Assembly: GCA_018398765.1 (NCBI GenBank)
Contig: JAHBMJ010000336.1
Span: forward strand, 1-50,235
Origin: Chromera velia
Lineage: Eukaryota
Reading direction: 5' to 3'
Length of the DNA: 50,235 nt
Shown here: piece after piece, positions 1-12,618 of the stretch
Layout: each line of letters begins with the position of its first letter
How positions within the stretch are numbered: the first letter of the stretch is position 1
The notes under the pieces: generated by a model
The model's database searches: none
What the model was told of the DNA's origin: nothing
What the model saw: only the letters and a program-made list of their open reading frames with translations
Program-made: the position numbers and the translations under genes

Positions 1-208
1 CGGTTCTAATGTCCTGAGGAATTGTAGACTGCTTCCCTGGATTCTCTTTCCTGTGGTCTTTGTCATCGGAAGAGCTCTTGTACTTTGCAACGACTGTTGA
101 CTTAGGCCAGTTAAGAGCAAAAGCAATGTCATCGTACGATAAATTCAATCGATCCCTCAATCTCTTGATGGTTCCTTTAGCATTAATTGTCCTATACTTT
201 GTGGACAT
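1..208 (-). CDS. Tc1/mariner (IS630-like) transposase, N-terminal HTH part; runs off the window edge
   Basis: Manual translation from ATG at 208: MSTKYRTINAKGTIKRLRDRLNLSYDDIAFALNWPKSTVVAKYKSSSDDKDHRKENPGKQSTIPQDIRT. 'SYxxIAxxLNxxKSTV' resembles the Tc1 HTH, followed by a GRPR-like 'PGKQ'. The DDE domain is not in the window. Confidence 0.6.
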   Translation of the reverse strand, partial: MSTKYRTINAKGTIKRLRDRLNLSYDDIAFALNWPKSTVVAKYKSSSDDKDHRKENPGKQSTIPQDIRT

Positions 209-349
209 TGTCTAAGACGTGAGGCTTCTGATGAACTTCTTTCCCTCTCTGAAACCAACCTGGTTGTGAAGCAATCAAATGAACAACAGATACAAGAAAG
301 AGAGACGTCATTTCGAGAAAAACGTACTTTTAAGGTTTAGAATTACGAA

Positions 350-1380
350 GCCCTGGCCCTTGAATTGTGACCGGTCAAGCTTGACCGTGATACAGGCGCT
401 TTGGCTGTATTGAAGCATTTGTATTGTTTTTTTAATTTATTTTTTTTTTAATTTATTTTTGTAAAAAAAATGGGTCGCTCCAGGTGGGGCCCTATCTGAA
501 AGCCGTCTGAGCGCTCACATAGCGCGTGCGGCCGCGCGCGATAACACGCGCAACGATGGCGTAAAAATGGGTTGAAAACATGCCAGAAAAAGTGACCACG
601 GTCGTGCTCGAACCCGGGACTACCTATAAGTGGCCGTCTCGTGGCTTTTTTTTTTTCTTCGAAAAACCGAAGTAGGTCGTAGGGGGCAGCTGATGGATAG
701 GCGCGCGGCCTGCGTACGTACTATCACTATGGTGCCCCGTCCACAAAATTCTGGTGCTACTTTTACTTCCAACGCACAGTGCAAACAACTTTTCCACACT
801 AGAATTTTGCCGATCATTCAAGCCAAAGCGTGGAAATATCAATTCCATTGGACGCAAAAACAGGCCAATGATGCTATTAAAAATGAAATTAGAAATATTT
901 TTGGTGGTCAGTGCAAGCAGTGTGGAACAGCAAACCTTCCTCCAATTGTGACTCGTGCTAACATTCGCTGTGCATACGATATGCACCACAATCACTACAG
1001 AGCAAGCACATATCGGAGATACTCTTTGGGCAAACTGAGAGTTAGAAAGATTCCTTCTGGACGTGAAACTCAGTGGATAGATACAGTTTTTAACACAAAT
1101 CATCCTGACGATGTGGAGCTTCTCTGCCAGTTTTGTCACCATGTGCGCAAACATGAAGCTTGGAGGCACTTTCCTGCTCAACCTGCCTGGTATAAAGCCT
1201 GATATCGAACATCAAACAGTTTTTGAACCAAGTATAAACATTAACTGAAATTTTTGCATAGAATATAAATTGTTAGACTATATAAAAGTGTTTTATACTA
1301 GCCAAAATCTTTTATGTATTACATATTTTGATTTATACTAGAAAAAGCGTTTTTGGTCACAATTCAAGGGCCAGGGCCTA
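350..1380. mobile_element. Inverted-repeat-bounded HNH cassette / end of a Tc1-like DNA transposon
   Basis: GCCCTGGCCCTTGAATTGTGACC at 350-372 and its exact reverse complement at 1355-1377. The right copy is followed by CTATATA and the left copy is preceded by TTACGAA, compatible with TA target sites. Confidence 0.7.
729..1202 (+). CDS. Small HNH endonuclease (zinc-binding His-Me finger), about 157 aa; alternative in-frame ATG at 693
   Basis: CKQCG ... YDMHH ... DDVELLCQFCHHVRKH fits the CxxC-HH-(N/D)xxLLCxxCH pattern of HNH nucleases. Intronless and uninterrupted. Confidence 0.75.
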   Translation: MVPRPQNSGATFTSNAQCKQLFHTRILPIIQAKAWKYQFHWTQKQANDAIKNEIRNIFGGQCKQCGTANLPPIVTRANIRCAYDMHHNHYRASTYRRYSLGKLRVRKIPSGRETQWIDTVFNTNHPDDVELLCQFCHHVRKHEAWRHFPAQPAWYKA

Positions 1381-2989
1381 TATATACATGCATATATATA
1401 TGGGATACAGTGTCCAATAGACCAAACCAGTTGAGTGAGTGCTAGCGAGTGCTTCGAAAGGCATTTAGTATTAGGTTTGAATTGGTGTGCAGGCGTGCAA
1501 CTACGCGTGTTTATGCAAGTGCACAATTTCAGGGCCATGATGGAAGAAGATGGGCCTAGAGATGAGCTGCCCTTTAAAACGAGATGTATACATATAACTA
1601 GATATATAGTTTGCAGCTCTGTGCAAGTTGTTTTGAAAAACACACAAAAGAATATTAAAATTTATATTTTTATCAATTTTAAAATAGGAATTTTTATTGT
1701 TATATAGTATACAATGACCCGCCTAAAATTGCCTAAAAGAAGAGAGGTTTGCCACTTGTGTATGATCTGAAGGCTTTTAGTTGATGTCAGCTGCATACAG
1801 CTACATAAGTTGAGCTACTGTCTACTGTCTCCCGAGGTTATCGAACATCGTTAGACATCGTTGGGGACAGACAAAATATTTTTTATAAGACGGTGTCTTA
1901 TAGGGATTTTTTGAGAGGGGGGGAAGGGTTTGAGACGTTGCACGCCGCCGCATGTGACCCATGCACCCGGAGGTCTGCCGTATTACATACGTGCCATCGT
2001 TTTATAAGTGGGGCTTTTTGAAGGCTTAGAGGGAGGGGGGGGTTTGGGAACACCCTCTTATATAATTTTTTTTTTGTGTGTCCTAGTGTGTCCCCATTGT
2101 TTGAGGCGACATAGATGCACATTTCTTATACATTTCGATCAGTTGCAACTGTATTTACGCAAACATAGTCTAAATTTAATCGTTCATTTACCTACGTAAA
2201 ACTCTTTTATATATTTTTTAGAAATGACTCGACTAGTGACTTTAAGTCCTAGCTTGGTAATACTTTTTTTTTTAGATCAAAATTAATTTTAACATGCATA
2301 GTCTTTGTCATCTAAGCCTTTTGTCTAGTCTTTACTTGGTAAAGTTTTTTTTTCTTTTCTTTTTTTGTAAAGTTGTATGCGCGTCGCTTCAGCTAAGCAG
2401 GGATTTCCGTTGGAGAGGGCCCACACATTTTTGGGCCCAAAATCTCAACTGTTCTAGGGCCGGACATGCCCGGGCATGCCTCAGCAATAATTTTGATTTT
2501 TTCGCATGCACCACGGGCAGCATTCCGCAGCTTCGATGCAGCTTCGATCCATCTTTTATTGATACCCATTGCAAAGTGCAAACATCAGAAAGTTGACCAT
2601 CCTAACAAAATCTGTATGCTCCTTTCGTTGATAGTCTAGTGCATAAAGACTTTCTTTCATATTGTTTTAGTCCTAAAACAGTGTTTGCCTTGAAAAAGAA
2701 GCGCAGAAAATGCAGGTTTCCCCGTTAGGAAACCAGTTGGACACTTTATTGAAGGAAAAATGGGAGCTGCCCTCATGCGATGCAGAACAGAAGGTCAAGT
2801 TCCCGACCAACTTTATGCAGCTGGAGTTCTGATTCGCACTGCACCTGTACAGAAACCGTCAAGATGTCGGCTGCCTTGCTGTCTTTCATTTAGAGAAAAG
2901 GGGAGTGATGGTTGTAAAGATGACGATCGGTTGAGATGGAAGAGTCTTCTACATTAACTTGGAAGCTGATTTGATAGGTGTTGTTGGGG

Positions 2990-4062
2990 GATATTTGCTC
3001 TTCAGGCGAGATTGCCGCCTCACTGCTGATGTTCTCGAAGCAGCTACTGCTGCGTGTATTACTCTTCTGTCCGAGGGGGGTTAGTTTATGGTTGATATGA
3101 CGGATAAGATCCTCTATGGGACGTACTCAGGGCTATGTATCTTTCTGCTGTCCCTCGGACCGTCTCTGAAGAGAAGTGCCAGCCCAAAAGCTAGACGGTC
3201 TCTTGCTTGAGTCTCAGAGCACTGCCGATGCTTTTCCGTTCTCTCCACAGGGCCAGAATGGAGGAGGAAGGATAAAAAGGAAAGAAGGAGAGACCTCTAG
3301 AGGCCAGTATATTTTCTCTACACCTAGGAATTCCAGGGAACTGTGGGGTGAGGCCTTTGTGCAACAACATAAGAAACGGGGGGTTCCAGGGGATCTGGGG
3401 GTGGTGAAGGAGGTGTGGGGAAAAAATAAATCCCTCATATCATATTTTTAGGCCCCCCCCCCACCAGCTCCCACCCCTCCTGTGAGTGCTTAGGTAAGCT
3501 GGGGCAGCTAAAGTGAGGGCCCCCGTTTCTAGACAGCCCTGCAGCACCTGCAGTCCCTCCATGCATTCTCCGCAGCAGCTGCCGCACCTGCAGGTAGCCT
3601 TGTATACTGAGTCGTTCCCCCTGCCTTTTCCGCCACTCCCTTTGCAGGCAGACGTCCACTGTATCCACTCTTAGGCCGTCACCATCTGTTCTCCCACAGC
3701 AGGGATATAGACATGATACGTGCCTCCTCTGGGATCCGATGACTCCGATGCGGGTTCAGATATATATGCATGGATGAGGAGAAGGAAGGAATTCCCCCGT
3801 CTTCCAATGAAGGTTTTGGCAAGCGATTGATAGACCTTCTGCCACAGCATTTGAAGACAATGAGGCAAACATCCTTGCGTACATGGGGCTCCATGTAGGG
3901 TTTGTCACATGCCTCTATGATGAGAGGAAAGGTGGTGTGACAGAGGGTATGTGTTGCTGCCTGTAAGGTCTCGGCAGGGCAGAGCGAGAGAAAAGGATAG
4001 AGAGAAGAACCTCTTTCAGTTCGTTCAAGACACGGTTCACAACACATCAGTCTCTGTCTCTC

Positions 4063-4131
<69 letters not shown>

Positions 4132-6620
4132 AGTCTCTCTCTGTCTCTCTCTCTCTCTTTTTCTGAGTCTCCATCTTTTGCTCTGTCTCTCTCTCTCCAT
4201 CGTTTACTCTATCTCTCTCTCTCTATCGTTTGCTCTCTCTCTCTCTCTCCATCGTTTGCTCTCTCTCTCTCTCTCTCTCGGTTGTTTTGAAATTCCCCCT
4301 CCCTCCTTCAGTCAAGATCAGTCACTCTCTCACTGTTCTTTTTCTCCCTTGCTGTGTGCAGCTGTCGCCGGACGCCTCATCAATCAGGTTTGGGACTTAA
4401 TTGATGCTGGTGAAAGACCTGTCAAACTCCACCTATCAGTCAGTCTGAAATTTTTTCTGCCTCACCTGGGACCCCAAAGCAGAGTATGAGAGAGTGACCT
4501 ACCATCAAATAGTGAGAGAGGAGAGAGAGGCGAAGAGAAAGAAGCTTTCCAGGACAGAGGGAGATCATATATGGGCAGAGGGGGAAGGGGAGGGGGAGGA
4601 TAAATTGACAGAGAGGGGGTATAAGAAAATTAATTGTAGAGAAATTCAAGGGTCGGTGGGTGGGTGGAAGACCCGACAGGTATCTCAGAAATTCAGAAAG
4701 TCTCCCACGAAGAGGGCAGATAGAGTGACAAAGAAGGGAGCTAACGGGAATTAAACTGTTTGATCCCCTCTGGGATCGAGAATTGTGCGTGCGTCTCTGG
4801 TGAAGGTGTTGTACGTTTGGGGAGAAGTTTCCCCAATGCATGCACTTTATCAGAAATTCGTTGCAGGGAAGAAGGATGAAGAGAATTTCTCCCTCTCTCT
4901 ATCCACCTGCCTCCTTTGTTCCCACATACTATGTACCGAGAACTCTAAAGTGTGCATGCTGGTCTCCGCAGATGGCTCTACCTCACAGAGGGCCTCTACA
5001 AGCTCCTCAAAACCATGGAGGTCATTGAGCAAATCGTGCTCTCTCTGTTGTGTGCGGTCCGTTATCTGCGTCTTGGTGACTTGGACTGTGCAGGGTTTGT
5101 CCGGACAGCCCTGGACAGTCCTGAAAAGATGAAGTTCTCGAACTACTAGGGGTCTTCTCAGGATGAGGATGGGAATATTGTTCGGGGGGAAGGCAGTGCC
5201 TATGCAGAACGGGTGCTCACGTTTCTTGAACAACTGCAGACATTAATTCAGAAATAAGAAGGATGCTCCCATGTCTACAGATACATTGCCGCTGTCGGAA
5301 GCGTCACTGCAACCACACAGAGCACCCTGCAACCGTTTCTACCCCTGGCTAGCAACAAAGGCCACCATGAAGGGGGGTCACTGAGGGCATCCGCAGGAGG
5401 GACCAAGAAGAAGATGAATCCGCCAGGGACGATTATGAGCAGAGAGACTGCTTTGTAGAGAACTACGAAGACGAGGAGCTTCCCTCCCGGGCCCCCGGTT
5501 CCGAATGCCCATGAACGCAGATCGTGATGGGCTAGCGTGATGGGGGGGCCGGGTATCAACCGTTTGGAGGAGGCCGAGCTTATCCTTCTTCTTGGGGGCG
5601 GGCTGTGAATAGCACGAACTTTTTATAACCTTTGTGCCTCTGCGACGAAAGGTACAGGGCTTGATGTCGTGCGTCTGACGTGCACTGCTACGCGCCCAGC
5701 CCTGCAGATACTCCTTACCAGCAGGTCTGTCCTTGATCTTCTAGATTCTGAAGAAGGAAAAGAAGGAGAGGGGGAGCAGGGGGGAGTCACAGAGGGAGGG
5801 AGAGAGGTAGCACCAGACACAAAAGAAATAGAGGTGGAATAAGAGGAGGAGGGAGAGAAACCAGCAGATGGAGGAAAGAGAAAGAGAGAGTGAGTGATGA
5901 AAAAACCGTTTCCGAACCAACTAGAGTGTGCACCACTCCTGCGCGTGACTGCCTGAGACAGGCGTCGTCAACATGGAAGAAAGCACGTCTCTGGCGTTTT
6001 CTTCCCAAATGACAACTCGCTCACATTAAATGTGGCACGAACAAGGGAAGATGGGTCACCAAAATCCGAGAGCGTATGCTTTCTGAATCAGGGTTGGAGG
6101 GGGGCAAAGGCTTTCGCATGATTTTGCATGGGGGGCAGACCCTCAGGGGCTGGCAGGCTCCTCCGCTAGCTCCGCCGCTGCGCTGCCTTTTCCTAACATT
6201 TTTGCACAGAGCAGCGCTTCGACCCCGAGGAGGGGGGAGGATCGAGTCTTCCCCTCAGGATCCCTCAGGAAGGTGGTGTGTGTGGTCGACAGCTAGGGGT
6301 TTCAAGGCACTCCTTCCAAGGAAAAGGTGACCTACTACTGAGTTCTTTGGGGGCGCTGCCTGCTGTCAAACACGATGGTTGCTGTGTGCACGTCCAACGA
6401 GGAGGAAAAGAGGCATATCAAGTCCTTTTCGAATCCACACTTTTCCAGGTCTGGATTGATGATGTGTTGCGTGTGTGCCCCCCCGAGACAGGAATGAATC
6501 TCGGGGAGGACTACAAACATGTGATTCTGTTCGTAAAGACGAAACGGCCGATCCTCCCCATCATTGTCATTCCGACACAGAGCTTGATCCTCTCTTCTCT
6601 TTCCTGTCATCCTGCCTAGG
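2990..6620 (+). pseudogene. Degenerate intron-containing gene or transposon relic of unknown family
   Basis: Long protein-like + strand stretches (e.g. GLYKLLKTMEVIEQIVLSLLCAVRYLRLGDLDCAGFVRTALDSPEKMKFSNY*GSSQDEDG..., YQVLFESTLFQVWIDDVLRVCPP) are broken by TAG/TGA/TAA stops. There is an apparent intron of about 3963-4360 containing (CT)n. No family recognised; strand and limits tentative. Confidence 0.35.
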
Positions 6621-7832
6621 CTTGGATTCAATATATACATATATATATCTTTATCATAAAAATATAATATAATATGATATAACATCTACATAAATTTACC
6701 CCGTGTTTGTCTTTTTTCCCCTCTTAATTCATTTGAACAGAGCAACTTGCCTCTGAAGCCTTATAAAAAACCATTTTAAAAAATAATAACCAAAGAAATG
6801 CGTTATCATCAGATTTTGTAGGACCGATCGTAGGACGGATCTTCATTCTCTGACTTATCTCCAGCCTTCAACCCAATCTTCATCCTCTCATATTACATTA
6901 AGTTTATATTATATTATATTACAATATATTATATTAGCCTTTTGTCTGAAATATTGATTGATATTAAATCTGAGCCTAGCATCCTGCCAACGGTACCAAC
7001 CTTCTCCTACTGCTTGACGCCCCTTTCCAAGCAGCCATGCTCAAGGTGAAGCACTTTGTCAACCATATTGACTGAACCCGGATTCATAAGTCAATATCTG
7101 ATTCAAGGAAACCAAAGGACAACTCCAGAGTTTAACGTGACCACATAAGCCTCGATCCGCATACCTGTATGCATCTTGTTTAGAGTAAATTGGAAAAGAA
7201 AACTAGGAATTAAGAAAAGATTTTCTAGTCATTTATGTTATCTAGAATTTTTATCCAGTTTTGTCGTCTTTTCCCATGTTTTTTCCTCATAATTAAAATT
7301 TGCCTCATTTGAAACCCCAACTACGATGATCACCGATTTTAAATTCATCTAGCGACTGCTAGTGATTCACTGGCATAAACTATAATATTTTCTTATTTCA
7401 AAAATTAAAAAACACAAATGTCAATTGCACTGGCAGTGAGACACACCGGTGATCGGCCCTCTTGCCATTTGTAGGCGCGACCTCTATATAAAAGATAAAA
7501 CGATATAAAACGATGACAATGTCCTAGTGTTAAGGTCTACTTAGTAGGGTAGGCGCTGATGAGTGCCTGCAGGGGTTCAAAGCTCTTTCGAGGTTGATGT
7601 TGCTGGGGTGGTTCAGGTCGATCTCCAGTAACAGACTCGATCAATCAGATTCGATCTCAGAAGCATGGGGATTTCTTATGATTCGACGATCATTCTGGTT
7701 TGATTGCAGTCTTTCAGAAAGTCTTTTTGAAGTCTTTCACACGCAGCGATTATTCGGTAATTCTTGTGGTAATCGGTTTTTGTGCGCATGGTTCGCTGCG
7801 CTGCTTCAGATGGACGTTAAAGCTCCAAAACA

Positions 7833-7903
7833 AGATCTTGTAGGATTTGAACTCGGGTCGTTTGGTCTATAGTCTTGCATGTTAACCTCTAGGCTACAAA
7901 AGC
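7833..7903 (-). pseudogene. Degenerate tRNA-like sequence (Tyr-like loop), possible SINE head
   Basis: Minus strand GCTTTTG TAGCCTAGAGG TTAACATGCAAGACTATAGACCAAACGACCC GAGTTCAAATCC TACAAGATC. It has an A-box, a B-box and a 6/7 acceptor stem (GCTTTTG/CAAGATC, one G-U). The D, anticodon and T stems are broken. Confidence 0.55.
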
Positions 7904-8426
7904 AAGCCGTGGTGTCATGTATGTTTTGTTTGGATACATTTGGGATTATTTGATTTCTTTTGTTATATGGGTAAGTAGCGCATAGTACTAGGGCACCAAT
8001 AAATCACTTATCACTTAATTGGCAATCAATCAATCAATCAATACATTTGTCTAGACATTTGTTTACTTTTAATAAGCATTTAAAGTTTACCAGCGTATAA
8101 CGGTTACTACATATTCAAAGAAGCTGTTTTTTTAACTATAATTTAGTAGATGAGCCATCATGATGGCATCATCTAGGCCATCATCAAACCATCAAAGTTA
8201 CTCTTAACACCGGTGCCTATATAGTAGTAGCTAGCTCACTAGGGACCTCACGGCTGATCGACCTACTCGGTATTCTCGATTGCGCTCCTAGCTCTACGGT
8301 ATCAGCCTCTACCATGTACGTCCGCTGATCTCTGGGAAAGTGGCACTGCTTGTTTCGTTCTGTATGACAGGGCCTACTACCGGCCTATAGAGAGGGAATG
8401 ACGGAAAGGGAGTGATTTGATTTCCC

Positions 8427-11400
8427 TCACTTCGCAATCCACTCTCTCTTTTCGACCACTTCCCAGGCCGCAGTAGCAGCCACTTGCCGCACACCTTCCC
8501 CGCTTGGAACCTCCCCCCCCCCCTCTCCCTCCAGGCAGAAACGTGCATCGGCTTCCTCCACGCTCTCCAGCTGCGTCCATCCCTCAGACTCTCTGCAGTT
8601 CTCTCTCGAGCCCTTCCCCCCACGCGACGGGTCCGCAGAGGGACCATGGGCCGGAGTCGGGGGCTCAGAGGCCGGGGGCAGGCGAGGCTTGGCTTGGCGT
8701 GAGTCCTTGTGGTTTCGGCCCCCATGCACCACTGCATGGACGTGAACGCAGAAAGAGACACACAAGGCCACTTATGCATGTGCAAATACGCTGAAAGGTG
8801 CAAAGAGGGGGAAGGCAAACAAAGCAGAAGCGGGGAGACAAACAGGGTGCATGGCCGGCAGACAGGCAGGATGGCAAAACAAGCAAAAAGAACAGAGCCG
8901 TATGGCCATACGTCTAAGCTGCTTTAAACGATTTGAAAGAGGGCCCGGGAATGCGAAATGCGATTGAGACGAGAGAAGAGCAAGTCAGGCACAAGAACGT
9001 TGAAAGCAAACGCAAGGAAAAAAGAGGAGAGGTCTCGTTTGATTCCGTTTCCTCCTGACTGACTTTGTTTTGTGGTTTTCCGAAGTTTCATCTCCTTGTC
9101 CCTCAACGCCACTTCTCCGTCAGTGAACACAAAATCTTCTCCTGTACTTTCGTCTTCCTCCTCCTGTTCCCCCTTTCCTCTGTTGGCAAAAGACAACCCC
9201 CCTCCACCAACTGCCCCATCCATACCACCTCCCTCTCGGGCCGCCCCCACCAACTGATTCAAAATAAATTCGGCGATCGAAAAAGGAGGAACGAACGGAT
9301 CGGAGCCCGGCACGGGGCGGAGGATCACAGCACGGCGCCTGTCTCGACGCAGGCCTGCATGCACTAGTCTCTCACTGCCCTCCTCAGGGTCTCTACGTGC
9401 CAGTCTACTCCCACCCACCCCAATCTCACAACCCGCTTGCACGCTCTCAACCCATCCCCCCTCCCACCCATGCAGTCCCATCAAGCCACCCCCCGAAGAT
9501 CGGGGCTGAGGCTGTGAAGAGGATCGCATCGCAGGGGAAGATGTTGGATGAGACGAACGGTTGCGGTTCGATCGGCCGCCACTCTTGCTCTTCGCCCCTC
9601 CCTGCCGACGGCCGTGAGGCTTCTGCTTGCTGTTAGCAAGAGATGGAGACGGAGAGAGAGAGTCAGTGTGCACACCCGCATCAATTGGGTGATCTACTTC
9701 ACCGGGGGTTGCCGGTGGGACGGCAGCCGCTGTAAGAGGCGCAGGGGAATCATCGGCGTCATTTGGATCCTCCTGTACCCCCTCCTGTACTTCTACACTG
9801 CCGCCTGATGTGCCGGTCACTCCACACACATGCCCCTTGACTGCAGTGTCCTGGTCTGTGGCAGTGGTGGTGTCAGAGAGGGGCGAGACGCGGTGTGGGG
9901 CGGAGGGGTGAGTCTTCGGCTTGGACAGCGATGAGGCGGCGGGGTTGTTAGGTATTTCGACTGAATGGGACTCAAGAACGAAGAGGGGTGCGAGACAGTG
10001 TGCGACTTTTCTCTGAAGACCGTCGAGGCCCCAGAGGAAGAGCAGAGGGCCCTCCTCTTCCTCTTCCTGTTCCTGTTCCCCCTGCTGCTTCGTCATTTCC
10101 ATCCTGACTGCCCTCGCAGTTTCCCTCTGCAATTCGCTTTGGTCTGCACGGCGAACGTGTCGGAGCACCGGAGCCACCCCTTGGTCGTGGGGAAGTCGGG
10201 AGAAGACTAAGAGAAAAGAAGTGCCAGAGGCACAGGCCCACTCAATTTCCTCCTCATCCTTTCCTTTCTGATCTGTGCTTGCAGAAGAAGAAGAAGAAGG
10301 AGGAGAAGGAGGAGAAGAAGGAGGGGCATCACACGATGTTGCGACACCCTCTACTTCACTACTGTTCTGTTGATCCGCTTCCCTTCTGTCCTCTCCCTTC
10401 TCCTGCTTCTTCTTCCTCTTGGTCTCTTCGGCAAATCCCCTCAGGACGGTCTCAAGAGATCGAAGGAGCGACTCGTCGGATGCGCTTCCATCTGGAGAGA
10501 GTAGGGGGGGAAGCAGTGAAGAAAGGCAGAAACAAGAGTGAGGGAGGAATGCAAGAGAGAAAGAGACAAGAAGGCTAGGGGTTTGTCCTTTTTTCGTTTA
10601 TCAAGTCACGGAGAGAGGGAGAGAAATAGCGAAAAAGACAAAGTCAGACCATGTCACTCGTTTTACCAAAGACAGAAGGACAGATAGACGGAAAGGGAGA
10701 TAGAAAGGGTTGCGCCGGGGGGAACTGACTGAAGGGGGCACACGAAGCTGTCTGTAGGTTTGAGTCTCTTCATGCATAGACAGACGCAAGGAAGTATATT
10801 GAACCGTCAAACGATACTGTCGTCCCATTGAGAGAAAAGAAAAGGAAATGGCTGACGCACGCAAGCACGCTGGATCCGCCTGACTGACCGAAAGCCCTGC
10901 GAAGTTGGCGGAATGCGCGACGAATGCGGACTTCCAGTCTGTGTACACGGTTTGCAGGGCTCTCGGATCTGCCTTTGTCTGCACGAAACGTTTTGTTCTT
11001 CTGATCATCCACTCATTTCTTCTTTCTTTCTTGTCGTCAACTTGTTGTTCCTTTTGCACCAGAAATGAGACACACGAGACATTCCTGTCTCACCACAGGA
11101 GGAAGGAGCAAAACAGAAAGAACCAGGAGGGGCCTCATTCATTGCACACAAACAAAATTCGTTCCCTCACCGGCGGCGGGGAACTCAAATCAAGGACAGA
11201 GAACAGAAAAGAAAATAGAACGCACGACCCATCAGTGGCAAAGAAGGCGGGCACACAGCACGTGCAGCAAAGAAGAGTTCTCGGAAAAATCGCACCTCAT
11301 TCAATTCCCTCGACTTTCTGTTCCCTCCCTGCAGTGTATTGTATGTAAGGGGAGGAGAATTCCATCGTGCGTTGAACAGAGCACATCAACGCTTTCACTC

Positions 11401-12529
11401 CGTAGCCCCCCCCCCAACAGGAACACCCCCAGTATCCCTTTCAACTAGTAACGTCTTTACCCTTCGATCGGACATGACGCGATCTGGACAGGTCTACCCA
11501 CCTTTCCGCTGCCCCCTTTCAGTTGTCCCTCCAGACGCCCTCCTTTTCTCCTTGCACCGAAGGAAGACCTCCAGAAGATCCTATTCAGGAGGCAGGTAGA
11601 GTAGACAGGCAGGCAGCTAATGTGCGAAATACTCTCTGTCCTATTCTCCACATATGTCTGCACGTCTCTGCGTATTGAACGTATCGAAGATGTTGGAATG
11701 GGCTAGTTGAGTCCCTTTTTGAAGTTCCAACCAGCGTTTAATCAAGTCAAAAAGGAAGAAAAGAACAGCTGTGCACCCTGAGCTGCTCTGCACTGCAACA
11801 CAGGAAAGGAAAGAGACCAACGAACGAACGAACGAACGAACCTTATCGTCGCCCAGTCGTTGGAACACAGTCCTCTCCTCTGACTGCCCTGCTGGCTTTG
11901 TGAACAGCTGTCGTTGCTCGGCGTCTGTATCAGTGAGGTCTTCCCCTGCGTGCATCCGGAAAAGAAAAGAAAAGAGAAGAAAAGAAAAGAAGAATGAGAG
12001 ATGAGGTGACGGAAAAGAGACGGGAACAAAAGCCAGGAAGCAAACTGAGCAGCTTTTCAAACGCTCCGTGCGACGCTTCTGATGTGCTGCAGTTTCAGTT
12101 GAGGGAAGAAAAAAGTTCTTTTTCCTGCGGACCGCAAATCTCCTTCGTGCTTGTGGCCTGCGAACAGAGAGAAAGAACAAACGAAGAAACAGAAGGTAGG
12201 AAAGGAAGCAAGGAAGAAAGGATGGAAGGAACAAACCCCTCGCTGCTCCAAGAGTCTTCCCTTGCTCCTTGAATCTTCTCCGCTTCCGTCCAAAACGCTG
12301 CGTGAAAATTCGCGCAGCACCAGATCTCAACACCCCCTCACCTTTTGGATATCTGCCTTCCTCCAGCTCACCCACCCACCTACCCGTCCACAAGTAAACT
12401 GACCAGATTCATACATGCACCGCCGCAGGTGTCCAGTCAGGAGCTGGGCTGCAACCAGAAGGGATTTCAGGAAGGAGAAAGGAGTGAAGCGAAAAAAAAT
12501 CGGGGGGCGCAAAAACAATTGAGGAGAGA

Positions 12530-12561
<32 letters not shown>

Positions 12562-12578
12562 CTCTCTCTCCCTCTTAC

Positions 12579-12618
<40 letters not shown>

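Noticed and set aside
2456..2480. hAT-like terminus TAGGGCCGGACATGCCCGGGCATG
   Set aside because: No partner inverted repeat or TSD found in the window.
1406..2746. Tc1-like TACAGTGTCCAA start pairing with TTGGACACT at about 2738
   Set aside because: Only 9 bp match and no terminal TA on the right; insufficient for a TIR pair.
7030..7130. VNHID HNH-like peptide
   Set aside because: Immediately followed by a stop and no downstream N/H motif; likely chance.
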